Below are positions 24,195-32,000 of a stretch of 32,000 bases of DNA, in pieces. Both the position numbers and the translations under genes were made by a program. Source of the DNA: Arthrobacter sp. ZGTC131 (GTDB lineage: Bacteria; Actinomycetota; Actinomycetes; Actinomycetales; Micrococcaceae); the NCBI RefSeq assembly GCF_002929275.1, contig NZ_PJIK01000013.1, positions 7,409-39,408 of the forward strand, given 5' to 3'. The stretch's first letter is position 1, and the number at the start of each line of letters is the position of its first letter. The notes under the pieces are model-generated. The model saw nothing but the letters and a program-made list of their open reading frames with translations. It was not told the DNA's origin and made no database searches.

Positions 24195-25293
24195 GGCCAG
24201 GACCCCGGGCTTGAAAACCCCCCGCGCGCGGGCCGGGCGGAAGGCGTCCGTCCCGCGGCCGCGCGACCGGCGGCGCGAACCCGCCATCTTCGTTCCCATC
24301 GGGCTCACTGCCGTGTTGCTGATTGCCGCTGCACTCGTGGCGCTGGCGGTGGGCCGGTACAGCGTGCCGCTCTGGCATGTTGTGCAGATCCTGACGGCCC
24401 AGCTCATCCCCTTCCCCGTCGACGCCAGCGCCACCGAACAGAACGTGGTGCTGCTGGTCCGCCTGCCCCGGATCCTGCTCGCCCTGCTGGTGGGCGGCGG
24501 CCTGGCTATCGGCGGCGCCGCCCTTCAGGCCGTCTTCCGCAATCCGCTGGTCAGCCCGGACATCATCGGGGTTTCCGCGGGTGCGTCCTTCGGCGGAGCG
24601 CTGGCCCTGCTGCTCGGCCTTGGCTCGGTCCTCCTGGTCACTGGCTCGTTTGTGTTTGGCCTGGTGGCCCTCGGCACCCTGTTCCTGATCACCTCGGGCC
24701 GCTCGGGAACGCCCATGCTCATGATCGTGCTCGGCGGAGTGGTGACGGGCTCGTTCTTCTCAGCCCTGGTCGCGCTGGTCACCTATCTCGCGGACCCCAA
24801 CACCACGCTGCCGGCCATCGTCTTCTGGCTGCTCGGCAGCGTGTCCACGGCCACCTTCACCAAAGTGATCGTCGCGCTCATCCCAATCCTCGGCGGCGCC
24901 GTGGTGCTGCTGGCCCTGCGCTGGCGCATCAATGTCCTCTCCCTGGGCGACGACGACGCCGCCGCACTCGGCGTGCAGCCCCGCCCGCTGCGCTGGGTGG
25001 TGCTCGTCGCGGTGGCGCTGATCGTGGCCGGCGCGGTCGCGGTCAGCGGCGCAGTCAGCTGGGTGGGGCTCGTGGTCCCGCATCTGGCCCGGATGTGGGT
25101 GGGGCCGGAGCACCGGGTGCTGCTGCCGGTGTCCTTCCTGCTCGGCGGAGCCTACATAGTGCTGGTGGACACAGTTGCCCGCACCGCCACCGCTGGCGAG
25201 ATTCCGTTGGGCGTCCTCACCGCACTGATCGGCGCCCCGGTATTCTTCCTGCTCCTGCGGCGGAACCGGGAGAGGATCTGGGAAAATGCTTGA
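24184..25293 (+). CDS. FecCD-family ABC importer permease
   Basis: Polytopic, with the family segment GGAALQAVFRNPLVSPDIIGVSAGASFG and C-terminal IPLGVLTALIGAPVFFLLLRR. It overlaps the SBP stop by 11 nt. Confidence 0.9.
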   Translation: MLDEARTPGLKTPRARAGRKASVPRPRDRRREPAIFVPIGLTAVLLIAAALVALAVGRYSVPLWHVVQILTAQLIPFPVDASATEQNVVLLVRLPRILLALLVGGGLAIGGAALQAVFRNPLVSPDIIGVSAGASFGGALALLLGLGSVLLVTGSFVFGLVALGTLFLITSGRSGTPMLMIVLGGVVTGSFFSALVALVTYLADPNTTLPAIVFWLLGSVSTATFTKVIVALIPILGGAVVLLALRWRINVLSLGDDDAAALGVQPRPLRWVVLVAVALIVAGAVAVSGAVSWVGLVVPHLARMWVGPEHRVLLPVSFLLGGAYIVLVDTVARTATAGEIPLGVLTALIGAPVFFLLLRRNRERIWENA

Positions 25294-26047
25294 GCTCGAC
25301 GGCGTGGGCTTCGGCTACACCTTGGAGAACTGGGTCTTCCGCGGCGTCAGCTTCCGCGTTCCCCCGGGCACCGCCACTGCCGTGCTGGGGCCCAACGGCA
25401 GCGGCAAGACAACGCTGGTACGCTGCGCTGCCGGGCTGCTGGCGCCCGGGGAAGGGACTATCCGGCGGACCGAAAGCGCGGGGTACGTGCCTCAGGCCCA
25501 CGGCAGTGCCTTCGCCTACAGCGCGGTGGACATGGTCCTGATGGGGCGCGCGCGGCACGTGGGTGTCTTCCGGACACCGGGATCGGCGGACCGCGCCGCT
25601 GCCGCGGACGCCATGGACAGGGTAGGTGCCGCAGGGCTGCGAGACCGGCTTTTCCCCACGCTGAGCGGCGGCGAGCAGCAGCTGATCCTGATCGCCCGGG
25701 CCATCGCGGCCGGATCCCCTGTCCTGGTGCTGGACGAGCCCGCCACGGGCCTCGACCTGAAAAACCAGGTGCGGGTCCTGACGCTCCTGCGCGAACTGAT
25801 GGCGGACGGAATGGCCCTGCTGCTGAGCACCCACCAGCCCGACCACGCCCTGCACCTTGCCGACCGCGTGGTCCTGCTGGGCCGGACCGGCGCGCGGACC
25901 GGCCCGGCCGCGGAACTGCTCACCGAAACCGAGCTTTCCGGCCTCTACGGCGTACCGGTCAGCACGGTCTCCTATTCCGACGACGGCACGCGCCGGCGGA
26001 CCATCGTGGTGCACTACGGCGGCCCAAAGGCGGAGCACTCCGGTTGA
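25286..26047 (+). CDS. ABC importer ATPase (FecE/BtuD-like)
   Basis: Walker A GPNGSGKTT, signature LSGGEQQ, Walker B LVLDEPATGLD, H-loop STHQP. It overlaps the permease stop by 8 nt. Confidence 0.92.
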   Translation: MLELDGVGFGYTLENWVFRGVSFRVPPGTATAVLGPNGSGKTTLVRCAAGLLAPGEGTIRRTESAGYVPQAHGSAFAYSAVDMVLMGRARHVGVFRTPGSADRAAAADAMDRVGAAGLRDRLFPTLSGGEQQLILIARAIAAGSPVLVLDEPATGLDLKNQVRVLTLLRELMADGMALLLSTHQPDHALHLADRVVLLGRTGARTGPAAELLTETELSGLYGVPVSTVSYSDDGTRRRTIVVHYGGPKAEHSG

Positions 26048-26060
26048 ACCTCACGGCCAC

Positions 26061-26258
26061 GACCCTCTCTCACTTCCTGCCGCCTAAACGCACACCCTCT
26101 CCCACTTCCCGTCGCGTAAACACCAACGCTCTCTCAGCGCGTGAGAGAGCGTCGGAGGTAAACCCGCGGGAAGTGGGAGAGCGTTGGGGAAAAGCCCGCG
26201 GGAAGTGGGAGAGCGTTGGGGAAAAGCCCGCCGGAAGTGGGAGAGCGTCGGGGTCCGC
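26061..26258. repeat. Dyad-symmetric array of 32-bp-phased repeats (3 cores leftward, 4 rightward) between convergent genes
   Basis: Left cores ctctc[tc]cacttcc start at 26065 and 26097, with a partial core (ctctctca) at 26129. Right cores ggaagtgggagag start at 26169, 26201 and 26233, with a partial core (tgagagag) at 26142. Units 26163-26194 and 26195-26226 are identical 32-mers. The dyad centre is near 26139. Confidence 0.85.
26126..26152. terminator. Central 11-bp perfect hairpin of the repeat array (bidirectional terminator candidate)
   Basis: acgctctctca (26126-26136), loop gcgcg, tgagagagcgt (26142-26152). Confidence 0.45.
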
Positions 26259-26266
26259 CGTTGGGC

Positions 26267-29083
26267 CTAGCCGGTGTTGCGCAGGCCTGCCGCTACTCCG
26301 TTGACGGTGATGAGCATGGCCCGCTGAAGGCGTTCGTCGACCTCGGCGCCGGAGATGGTCCCCTCCTGCGCACCCTCCCGCACGCGGCGAAGGAGCTCCA
26401 CCTGGAGGTAGCTGATGGGGTCGAGGTACTGGTCACGGATTTCCAGCGAGCGCTTCAGCGTGGGCTGGGCGTCCAGGAGCACGTTCTCGCCCGTGAGGTT
26501 CTGGATTTCGGCGACGGTGAGCGCATATTCCTCCCGGATGGCCCGGAAGAGGTGGTGCAGTTCCTCCGGAACCAGGGTGTCCACGTAGTAGCCGGCGATG
26601 TCCATGTCCGTCTTGGCCAGCGTCATCTCCACGTTGGACAACACCGAGCGGAAGAAGTGCCAGCCGTGCATCATCTCCACGAGCTGGGCCGAGTTGCCGG
26701 CTTCACGGGCCGCCTTCAGCCCGGAGCCCACGCCGAACCAGCCGGGCACAATCTGCCGGGACTGGGTCCAGCCGAACACCCACGGGATGGCCCGCAGGCC
26801 GCCGAGGCCCGCTCCGGAATCGGGACGCTTGGACGGGCGCGAACCAATGTTCAGCGAACCCAGCTGCTCCACCGGGGTGGAGGCCAGGAAGTACGCGGGC
26901 AGGTCGGGGTCGTCGATCAGGCTGCGGTAGCGGGCAAAGGCGGCGTCGGAGATGGTCTCCATGACGTGCCCGAAGCGCTCCCGCTGGTCATCGGACGTGC
27001 GCGGGGTGCGGTGCAGGGCGGAACCCTGCATGACGGCGGCCAGGGACAGCTCCAGGTTCTCGCGGGCCAGTTCCGGCAGCGAGTACTTGTCCGAGATGAC
27101 CTCGCCCTGTTCGGTGAACTTGATTTCGCCTTCGAGGACGCCGTTCGGCTGGGCCATGATCGCGTCATAGGTGGGTCCGCCGCCGCGGCCCACCGAGCCG
27201 CCGCGGCCGTGGAACAGCCGGACCCGGACCCCGTGCTTGGCCGCAATGTCGCGGAGCTTGCGCTGGGTCTTGTGGATCTCCCACTGGCTGGTCATCACGC
27301 CGGACTCCTTGTTGGAGTCCGAGTAGCCGAGCATGACTTCCTGGACGTCGCCGCGCAGCCGGACCAGTTCGCGGTAGGAAGGATCGGACAACAGCTGGTC
27401 CACGATCTCGGCCGAAGCACGCAGCTCCTCCACGGTCTCCAGCAGCGGCGCGAAGCCGATCTTGGCGTACGGGGCATCCCCGAAGAGGCTGACCAGCCCG
27501 GCCTCGCGGGCCAGGACGGCCGCGGCCAGGACGTCGTCCGCGCCGCGCGTCATGGAGATGATGTACGTTTCGATGACGTCGGGGCCGTAGGTGCGCAGGG
27601 CGCGCCGGATCTCACGGAAAACGTCGTACGTGCCGTCAGCGACGCCGTCGAGCTTGATCGGGTGGCCGGACAGCGGACGGCGGGACGCCAGTTCCGCGCT
27701 CAGTACCTCGAGGCGCTCGTCGCGGGTCAGTTCCGCGTACCGGATGCCGGGCCCGCCGAGGCGGTCCATGAGCTGCCCGACGGCGTCATGGTGGTGGTCG
27801 GCGTGCTCGCGGATGTCCAGCGTGGCCAGGTGCAGGCCGAAGGACGCGATGGCCCGCCGGACCCGGGCCAGGGCGCCGTCGGCGGCGAGGGACGCCGAGT
27901 GGTTCCGCAGCGAGAGTTCCAGCAGCTCCAGCTCCGAGATGAGTTCCTCGGTGGACATGTAGTCCCGGCCGGGCTGGTGGGCGGAACCTGCAGCCACGCG
28001 CTTGCCGGTGTTGATGAGCTTGGCCTTGATGCAGGTCAGCTTGAGCCGGTACGGTTCCTGGGCGTTAAGCTCCAGGATGCGCCGGTCCAGGCCCGGCAGT
28101 TTCTCGAGGTCGGCGTCGATCGAATCGAGCAGCGTCTCGTCGGCGCCCGCCAGGGCAGTGGAGTTGGACAGGATGGAGATGAGCTCGTCGATCATGGCGA
28201 TGCTGATCCGGACCGCGTGCTGGTTCTGCAGCTGGAGGATCTCGTGCGTGACCGCGGCAGTGACGTTGGGGTTTCCGTCGCGGTCACCACCGATCCACGA
28301 GCCGAACTTGATGGGGGCGTTCTGGGCCGGCAGGGTAACGCCGTGCTCACCGAGGAGCTCGGACAGGTCCGTGAGCATCTCCGGCAGGGCGTCGGTGAGG
28401 ATGCTGCTCAGGTAGTAGATGGCGTTGCGGGCCTCGTCCACCGGCGTGGGCCGGACCTGGCGGAGCTCGTCCGTCTGCCACATCTGGTCGATGATCTCGG
28501 ACAGCTGGCGGTCCTGGCGGCGGCGGCCCGACGTGCCTTCCTCGGTGGGCTCGGCCAGCACGTCGGAGAGCTTGCGGATCTTGTCCAGCACGGAGCGGCG
28601 CGAGGCCTCGGTGGGATGTGCGGTGAAGATGGGGCGCACATCGAGTTCATTGACCACGTCCTGCAGCACGGCAGGGCCGGCCTGGCCGGCGATGTCAGAC
28701 ACCGCCTTGGCCAGCCAGCCATCCTTCTCCTGCCGCGTGCGCAGGCCGCGGACCCGGTGGACCTGTTCGGCGGCGTTGGCCAGGTGGAAGTAGAAGGCGA
28801 AGGCCCGGACAAGGTCGGTCGCCTGCTCAAGCGGCAGGGAGGCGAGCAGTTCGCGGACCTGGGCAACGACGTCGTGCGCGCTCCACGGTCCGGTGGCGTC
28901 CGCGCCGCCCCGGGCGGCCTCCTTCGATTCCTTGGTAAGCAGGCGCACCTGTTCCACCAAGTCGAGGAGTTCGGGGCCGTGCTGGCGGACCAGCGACTCG
29001 CCCAGCAGGGTGGAGACGCGGCGCACGTCGGCGCGGAGTTCGGCGGCGAGATCTGTTTCTGAATTCATTGCAGTGTCAGCCAT
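26267..29083 (-). CDS. ppc: Phosphoenolpyruvate carboxylase
   Basis: [33 protein letters not shown] and the C-terminal GLRNTG are present. The start is placed at MADTAMNSE (29083) by N-terminal length comparison with Corynebacterium PEPC recalled from memory. GTG 29122 is possible. Confidence 0.95.
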   Translation of the reverse strand: MADTAMNSETDLAAELRADVRRVSTLLGESLVRQHGPELLDLVEQVRLLTKESKEAARGGADATGPWSAHDVVAQVRELLASLPLEQATDLVRAFAFYFHLANAAEQVHRVRGLRTRQEKDGWLAKAVSDIAGQAGPAVLQDVVNELDVRPIFTAHPTEASRRSVLDKIRKLSDVLAEPTEEGTSGRRRQDRQLSEIIDQMWQTDELRQVRPTPVDEARNAIYYLSSILTDALPEMLTDLSELLGEHGVTLPAQNAPIKFGSWIGGDRDGNPNVTAAVTHEILQLQNQHAVRISIAMIDELISILSNSTALAGADETLLDSIDADLEKLPGLDRRILELNAQEPYRLKLTCIKAKLINTGKRVAAGSAHQPGRDYMSTEELISELELLELSLRNHSASLAADGALARVRRAIASFGLHLATLDIREHADHHHDAVGQLMDRLGGPGIRYAELTRDERLEVLSAELASRRPLSGHPIKLDGVADGTYDVFREIRRALRTYGPDVIETYIISMTRGADDVLAAAVLAREAGLVSLFGDAPYAKIGFAPLLETVEELRASAEIVDQLLSDPSYRELVRLRGDVQEVMLGYSDSNKESGVMTSQWEIHKTQRKLRDIAAKHGVRVRLFHGRGGSVGRGGGPTYDAIMAQPNGVLEGEIKFTEQGEVISDKYSLPELARENLELSLAAVMQGSALHRTPRTSDDQRERFGHVMETISDAAFARYRSLIDDPDLPAYFLASTPVEQLGSLNIGSRPSKRPDSGAGLGGLRAIPWVFGWTQSRQIVPGWFGVGSGLKAAREAGNSAQLVEMMHGWHFFRSVLSNVEMTLAKTDMDIAGYYVDTLVPEELHHLFRAIREEYALTVAEIQNLTGENVLLDAQPTLKRSLEIRDQYLDPISYLQVELLRRVREGAQEGTISGAEVDERLQRAMLITVNGVAAGLRNTG

Positions 29084-29409
29084 GGAAACTATCTTTCGAG
29101 GGTTCGGACTTGGCTCGTACACTGCGCTGGATACTGTGAGCCGGGTTACTTGTTCCTATGGGATGTTACCCGCAGCCGGCAGGAGGCCGGGAATATGTCT
29201 CAGATGCTGTCGCGCCCTTGAACATCTGCGGCGGGCCGCGGTAAGGGGCCGCGGCTAACTTCATCCGGCGTGGGTAATGGCCCATTTCCAAGGCTACGCA
29301 GCCAGCCGCCGGCCCGGCAGGGCCAAACAGGCGGCAGCGGCGGAATGAAGTCCCGCCGCTCCGGGTTGACCCCTAAGCTGGCCAGATCGACACCCACGTT
29401 GGAGGAACC

Positions 29410-30234
29410 ATGAGCACCGCACCGGACGCCCTGCTGGAACGCTGGCGCCGCTTCCGCAGCAGCCGCAACACCGCCCTCGCCGCGGACTACGGCTGGCTGA
29501 CGCTGACGTCATTCCAGTGGCTGGAAAGCCAGCCGTCCGCCGTCGACCTCGCGCCCGGTTTGTGGTCAACGGACGGCACGACGGCGGCGCTCACCGCCGC
29601 GGCGGCGGATGGGCTCACGCTGGTGGAAACGGGAGAGCCCGTGAACGGCACCGTCACCGCGCAACTAGCCGACGAGGAGTCCCTGATGTGGGTGCAGTTC
29701 GGCGGCGACGACGGCAAACAGGTGATGGTGGAGCTGGCCATGCGGGCCGACAAGTATGCCATCCGCACGCGCGATTCGAAGTCGCCGGTGTTCACCGAGT
29801 TCGACGGCGTACCCACCTTTGATTACCGCCCGGACCTGGTGGTTGAGGCGCGGTTTGAGGCGTTTGCCGAGCCGGAGGACGTTCCGATTGCGACCGCGAA
29901 CCCGCTGGTGGACGGCGTGCACCGGAGCGTCGGCGAGCTGGTGTTCCGGCTGCCCGGCAAGGACCACGAATACCGGCTTCACGCCGAGGAGGAAAAGCTC
30001 GGAGCCCTGACCGTCACGTTCCACGACGAAACCAACGGCGAAATGACCGACGAGTGGCGCAAGGTATCCACCGCGCGCCCCAGGCCCGACGGAACCGTCA
30101 TCCTGGACTTCAACCGCGCTATCAACTACCCCAGTGCCTTCACGCCCTACGGCACCTGCCCCATGCCGGTGAAGAACAACAGCCTGGACGCCCGGATCGA
30201 AGCCGGCGAAAAGCAACCAGCCCTGACCGACTGA
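29410..30234 (+). CDS. DUF1684 domain protein
   Basis: Family-typical C-terminus AFTPYGTCPMPVKNNSLDARIEAGEK, and a GGAGGA SD upstream. Confidence 0.85.
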   Translation: MSTAPDALLERWRRFRSSRNTALAADYGWLTLTSFQWLESQPSAVDLAPGLWSTDGTTAALTAAAADGLTLVETGEPVNGTVTAQLADEESLMWVQFGGDDGKQVMVELAMRADKYAIRTRDSKSPVFTEFDGVPTFDYRPDLVVEARFEAFAEPEDVPIATANPLVDGVHRSVGELVFRLPGKDHEYRLHAEEEKLGALTVTFHDETNGEMTDEWRKVSTARPRPDGTVILDFNRAINYPSAFTPYGTCPMPVKNNSLDARIEAGEKQPALTD

Positions 30235-30267
30235 GCGCGAACGGACATCTAAGCCCCCGCCTCCTGA

Positions 30268-30330
30268 GCGCGAACTGGCAGCTGATGACCTCAAACCCCG
30301 GTTTTGAGGTCATCAGCTGCCAGTTCGCGC
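30268..30330. terminator. 28-bp perfect palindrome (7-nt loop) between convergent genes; I-shaped bidirectional terminator candidate
   Basis: gcgcgaactggcagctgatgacctcaaa (30268-30295) pairs perfectly with tttgaggtcatcagctgccagttcgcgc (30303-30330). Confidence 0.65.
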
Positions 30331-30354
30331 CGGTCCCGGGCCGCGTGCGGAGGC

Positions 30355-31563
30355 TCAGACGATCGCGGACACTCCGGTGACGGCGCGGCCCACGATGAGC
30401 GTGTTGATTTCGTAGGAGCCCTCGTAGGTGTAGATGGCCTCGGCGTCGGCGAAGATCTTGGCCATCCGGTAGTCCGTGACGATCCCGTTGCCGCCCAGCA
30501 GAGACCGGCCCATGGCCACGGTTTCGCGCATCCTGGCCGAGGTGTACGACTTGGCCAGGGCAACCTGTGCCATGTCCGCCGCGCCGCGGTCCTGCAGCTG
30601 CGCGATCCGCACCATCATGCCCATACTGGCGACGGCGTTGCCCAGCATGGTGACCAGCTGCTGCTGGATGAGCTGGAACTTCGCGAGCGGTCGGCCGAAC
30701 TGCTGGCGCTCGACGGCGTACTGCCGGGCGACGTCGAACGCGGCCAGCTGCTGCCCCACCGCCTGCCACGCCACCATGATCCGCGACCCGCGGAGGAGGG
30801 CGTTGGTGTCCTCGAAGCCGTTGATTCCGGCAAACCGGTCTGCCTCGGCGACGCGGACATCCTCGAACACGATGTCCGCGTTCTGCACCGTGCGCAGCGC
30901 AATCTTGTTCTCGATCCGGCTCCGGCTCACGCCCGGCAGGGCTGCATCCACAATGAAGCCGCGGATGGCGCCGTCGGCCTCGTCCCTCGCCCATACCAGC
31001 ATGTAGTCGCAGAACGTCCCGTTCCCGATCCACCGTTTGGCGCCGTTGAGCACCCAGCAGTCACCGCCGTCGTCGGCAGCTCCCGTCAATCCCGATACCC
31101 GGCGCGCCCGGGTTTCCATGCCGCCGGCGACGTCCGAGCCGTGCCCGGGCTCGGTCAGGGCGAAGGCGCCCGTGGTCCGCAGGTTCGAAGCGTCGTCCAG
31201 CAGGCGCTTCTGCTGATCCTCCGAGCCGAATTCGTAGAGCGACTCCACGAAGAGATCGTGATGGACCAGGAAGAATGTGGCGATCGAGGTGTCCACGCGC
31301 GTCATTTCCGCGATCACCACACCGGCAAACAGATGGCTGTACCCGCGCTGGGCCGGCGTGCTCAGCTCCAGCGCAGCGAGCTTCGGCAGTATGTGTGCGG
31401 GGAACTCGGCCCTGTTCCACCATTCCCCCGCGTACGGTGCGATCTCCGTGGCCAGGAACTCCCGCAGCTCCTGGAGCTTCCGCTGTTCGGGGACGCTGAG
31501 CAGCGACTCGTAGTCGAAGAAGTCGGCAGTGGGCAGGGCCTCAACCCCGGTGGCCTGCGTCAC
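30355..31563 (-). CDS. Acyl-CoA dehydrogenase (glutaryl-CoA dehydrogenase-like)
   Basis: [11 protein letters not shown] and [14 protein letters not shown] motifs. The GTG start overlaps the upstream SDR stop (GTGA). Confidence 0.9.
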   Translation of the reverse strand: MTQATGVEALPTADFFDYESLLSVPEQRKLQELREFLATEIAPYAGEWWNRAEFPAHILPKLAALELSTPAQRGYSHLFAGVVIAEMTRVDTSIATFFLVHHDLFVESLYEFGSEDQQKRLLDDASNLRTTGAFALTEPGHGSDVAGGMETRARRVSGLTGAADDGGDCWVLNGAKRWIGNGTFCDYMLVWARDEADGAIRGFIVDAALPGVSRSRIENKIALRTVQNADIVFEDVRVAEADRFAGINGFEDTNALLRGSRIMVAWQAVGQQLAAFDVARQYAVERQQFGRPLAKFQLIQQQLVTMLGNAVASMGMMVRIAQLQDRGAADMAQVALAKSYTSARMRETVAMGRSLLGGNGIVTDYRMAKIFADAEAIYTYEGSYEINTLIVGRAVTGVSAIV

Positions 31564-32000
31564 TTCGGGCCCATCCGGATGGCGCCGTCAAGGCGGATGG
31601 TTTCGCCGTTGAGCATGGCGTTGTCCACGATGTGCGCGGCGAGGTTGGCGTACTCGGCCGGCCGGCCCAGGCGCGACGGATGCGGCACCTGCTTCCCCAG
31701 CGAATCCTGCGCTTCCTGGGGCAGGCTGGCCATCATGGGCGTCTCGAAAATGCCCGGCGCGATGGTCACCACGCGGATCAGGGAGCGGGCCAGTTCGCGG
31801 GCCAGCGGCAGGGTCATGGCCGCCACCGCGCCCTTCGAAGCGGCATAGGCGGGCTGGCCGATCTGGCCGTCGAACGCGGCCACGGAGGCCGTGTTGATGA
31901 TGACGCCACGCTCCTCACCGCCCAGCTCCGTGACAGCGGGTTCCGTCGCCGCCATCGCCGCGGCTGCCAGCCGGACGACGTTAAAGGTGCCCACGAGGTT
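31560..32000 (-). CDS. SDR-family 3-hydroxyacyl-CoA dehydrogenase (HSD17B10/type II-like), 5' end outside the window
   Basis: [25 protein letters not shown] carries the catalytic YxxxK, and the C-terminus is [16 protein letters not shown]. The reading frame stays open to position 32000. Confidence 0.88.
   Translation of the reverse strand, partial: NLVGTFNVVRLAAAAMAATEPAVTELGGEERGVIINTASVAAFDGQIGQPAYAASKGAVAAMTLPLARELARSLIRVVTIAPGIFETPMMASLPQEAQDSLGKQVPHPSRLGRPAEYANLAAHIVDNAMLNGETIRLDGAIRMGPK

Noticed and set aside
26061-26258. Possible CRISPR array
   Set aside because: The repeats are contiguous with no unique spacers, they occur in both orientations about a dyad, and no cas genes are present.
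26044-26304. 86-aa ORF reading through the repeat array
   Set aside because: Its sequence (…GKARGKWESVGEKPAGSG…) is simply the translated 32-bp repeats. There is no SD, and it overlaps the ppc 3' end.
26216-29062. 948-aa ORF antisense to ppc
   Set aside because: The minus strand carries the canonical PEPC motifs, including the C-terminal GLRNTG. The plus-strand product is repetitive G/A/R/V/D-rich shadow sequence.
29123-29409. Small ORFs (65-121 aa on both strands) and a 7-bp GC hairpin (gccgcgg/ccgcggc) in the ppc / DUF1684 divergent region
   Set aside because: The ORFs have shadow-type composition and no SD. The hairpin derives from two adjacent self-complementary CCGCGG sites and has no terminator context. 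I could not define promoters confidently here.
30304-31848. 514-aa ORF antisense to the acyl-CoA dehydrogenase and SDR genes
   Set aside because: It spans two well-supported minus-strand genes and has shadow-type composition.

Overview
High-GC actinobacterial chromosomal window. Gene content and protein sequences look Micrococcaceae/Arthrobacter-like, but that is inference only. I saw no rRNA, tRNA, CRISPR array, transposase or integrase. Left third (1-12.3 kb) is housekeeping: an lhr-nei DNA-repair operon with a probable RecA-independent damage promoter, a divergent yczE/mocR pair, an arsR-SRPBCC pair, an RluA-family pseudouridine synthase, a macro-domain protein and a DedA protein. Centre (about 12.3-26.3 kb) is a group 1h/5 (Hhy-type, cytosolic, high-affinity) [NiFe]-hydrogenase locus. 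Its order is hypA-hypB-hhyS-hhyL-hhyE, three proteins of unknown function, a 39-aa membrane peptide gene absent from the ORF track, the endopeptidase, hypC and a disordered acidic protein. It continues with an oppositely oriented protein whose C-terminus looks HypC-like and a FecBCD/Niu-type ABC importer. hypD/E/F are not in the window. Right (26-32 kb): a 200-bp dyad-symmetric array of 32-bp-phased repeats, ppc, a DUF1684 protein, a 28-bp perfect palindrome, an acyl-CoA dehydrogenase and a partial HSD17B10-like SDR. The best candidate for undescribed biology is the accessory block after hhyL (16952-21461), in which five consecutive gene junctions are 4-nt start/stop overlaps, together with the HypC-like protein and the adjacent transporter. 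The phased repeat array at 26061-26258 is the most unusual non-coding structure. Many long ORFs in the track are antisense shadows of real genes, which is typical of high-GC DNA, and were rejected.
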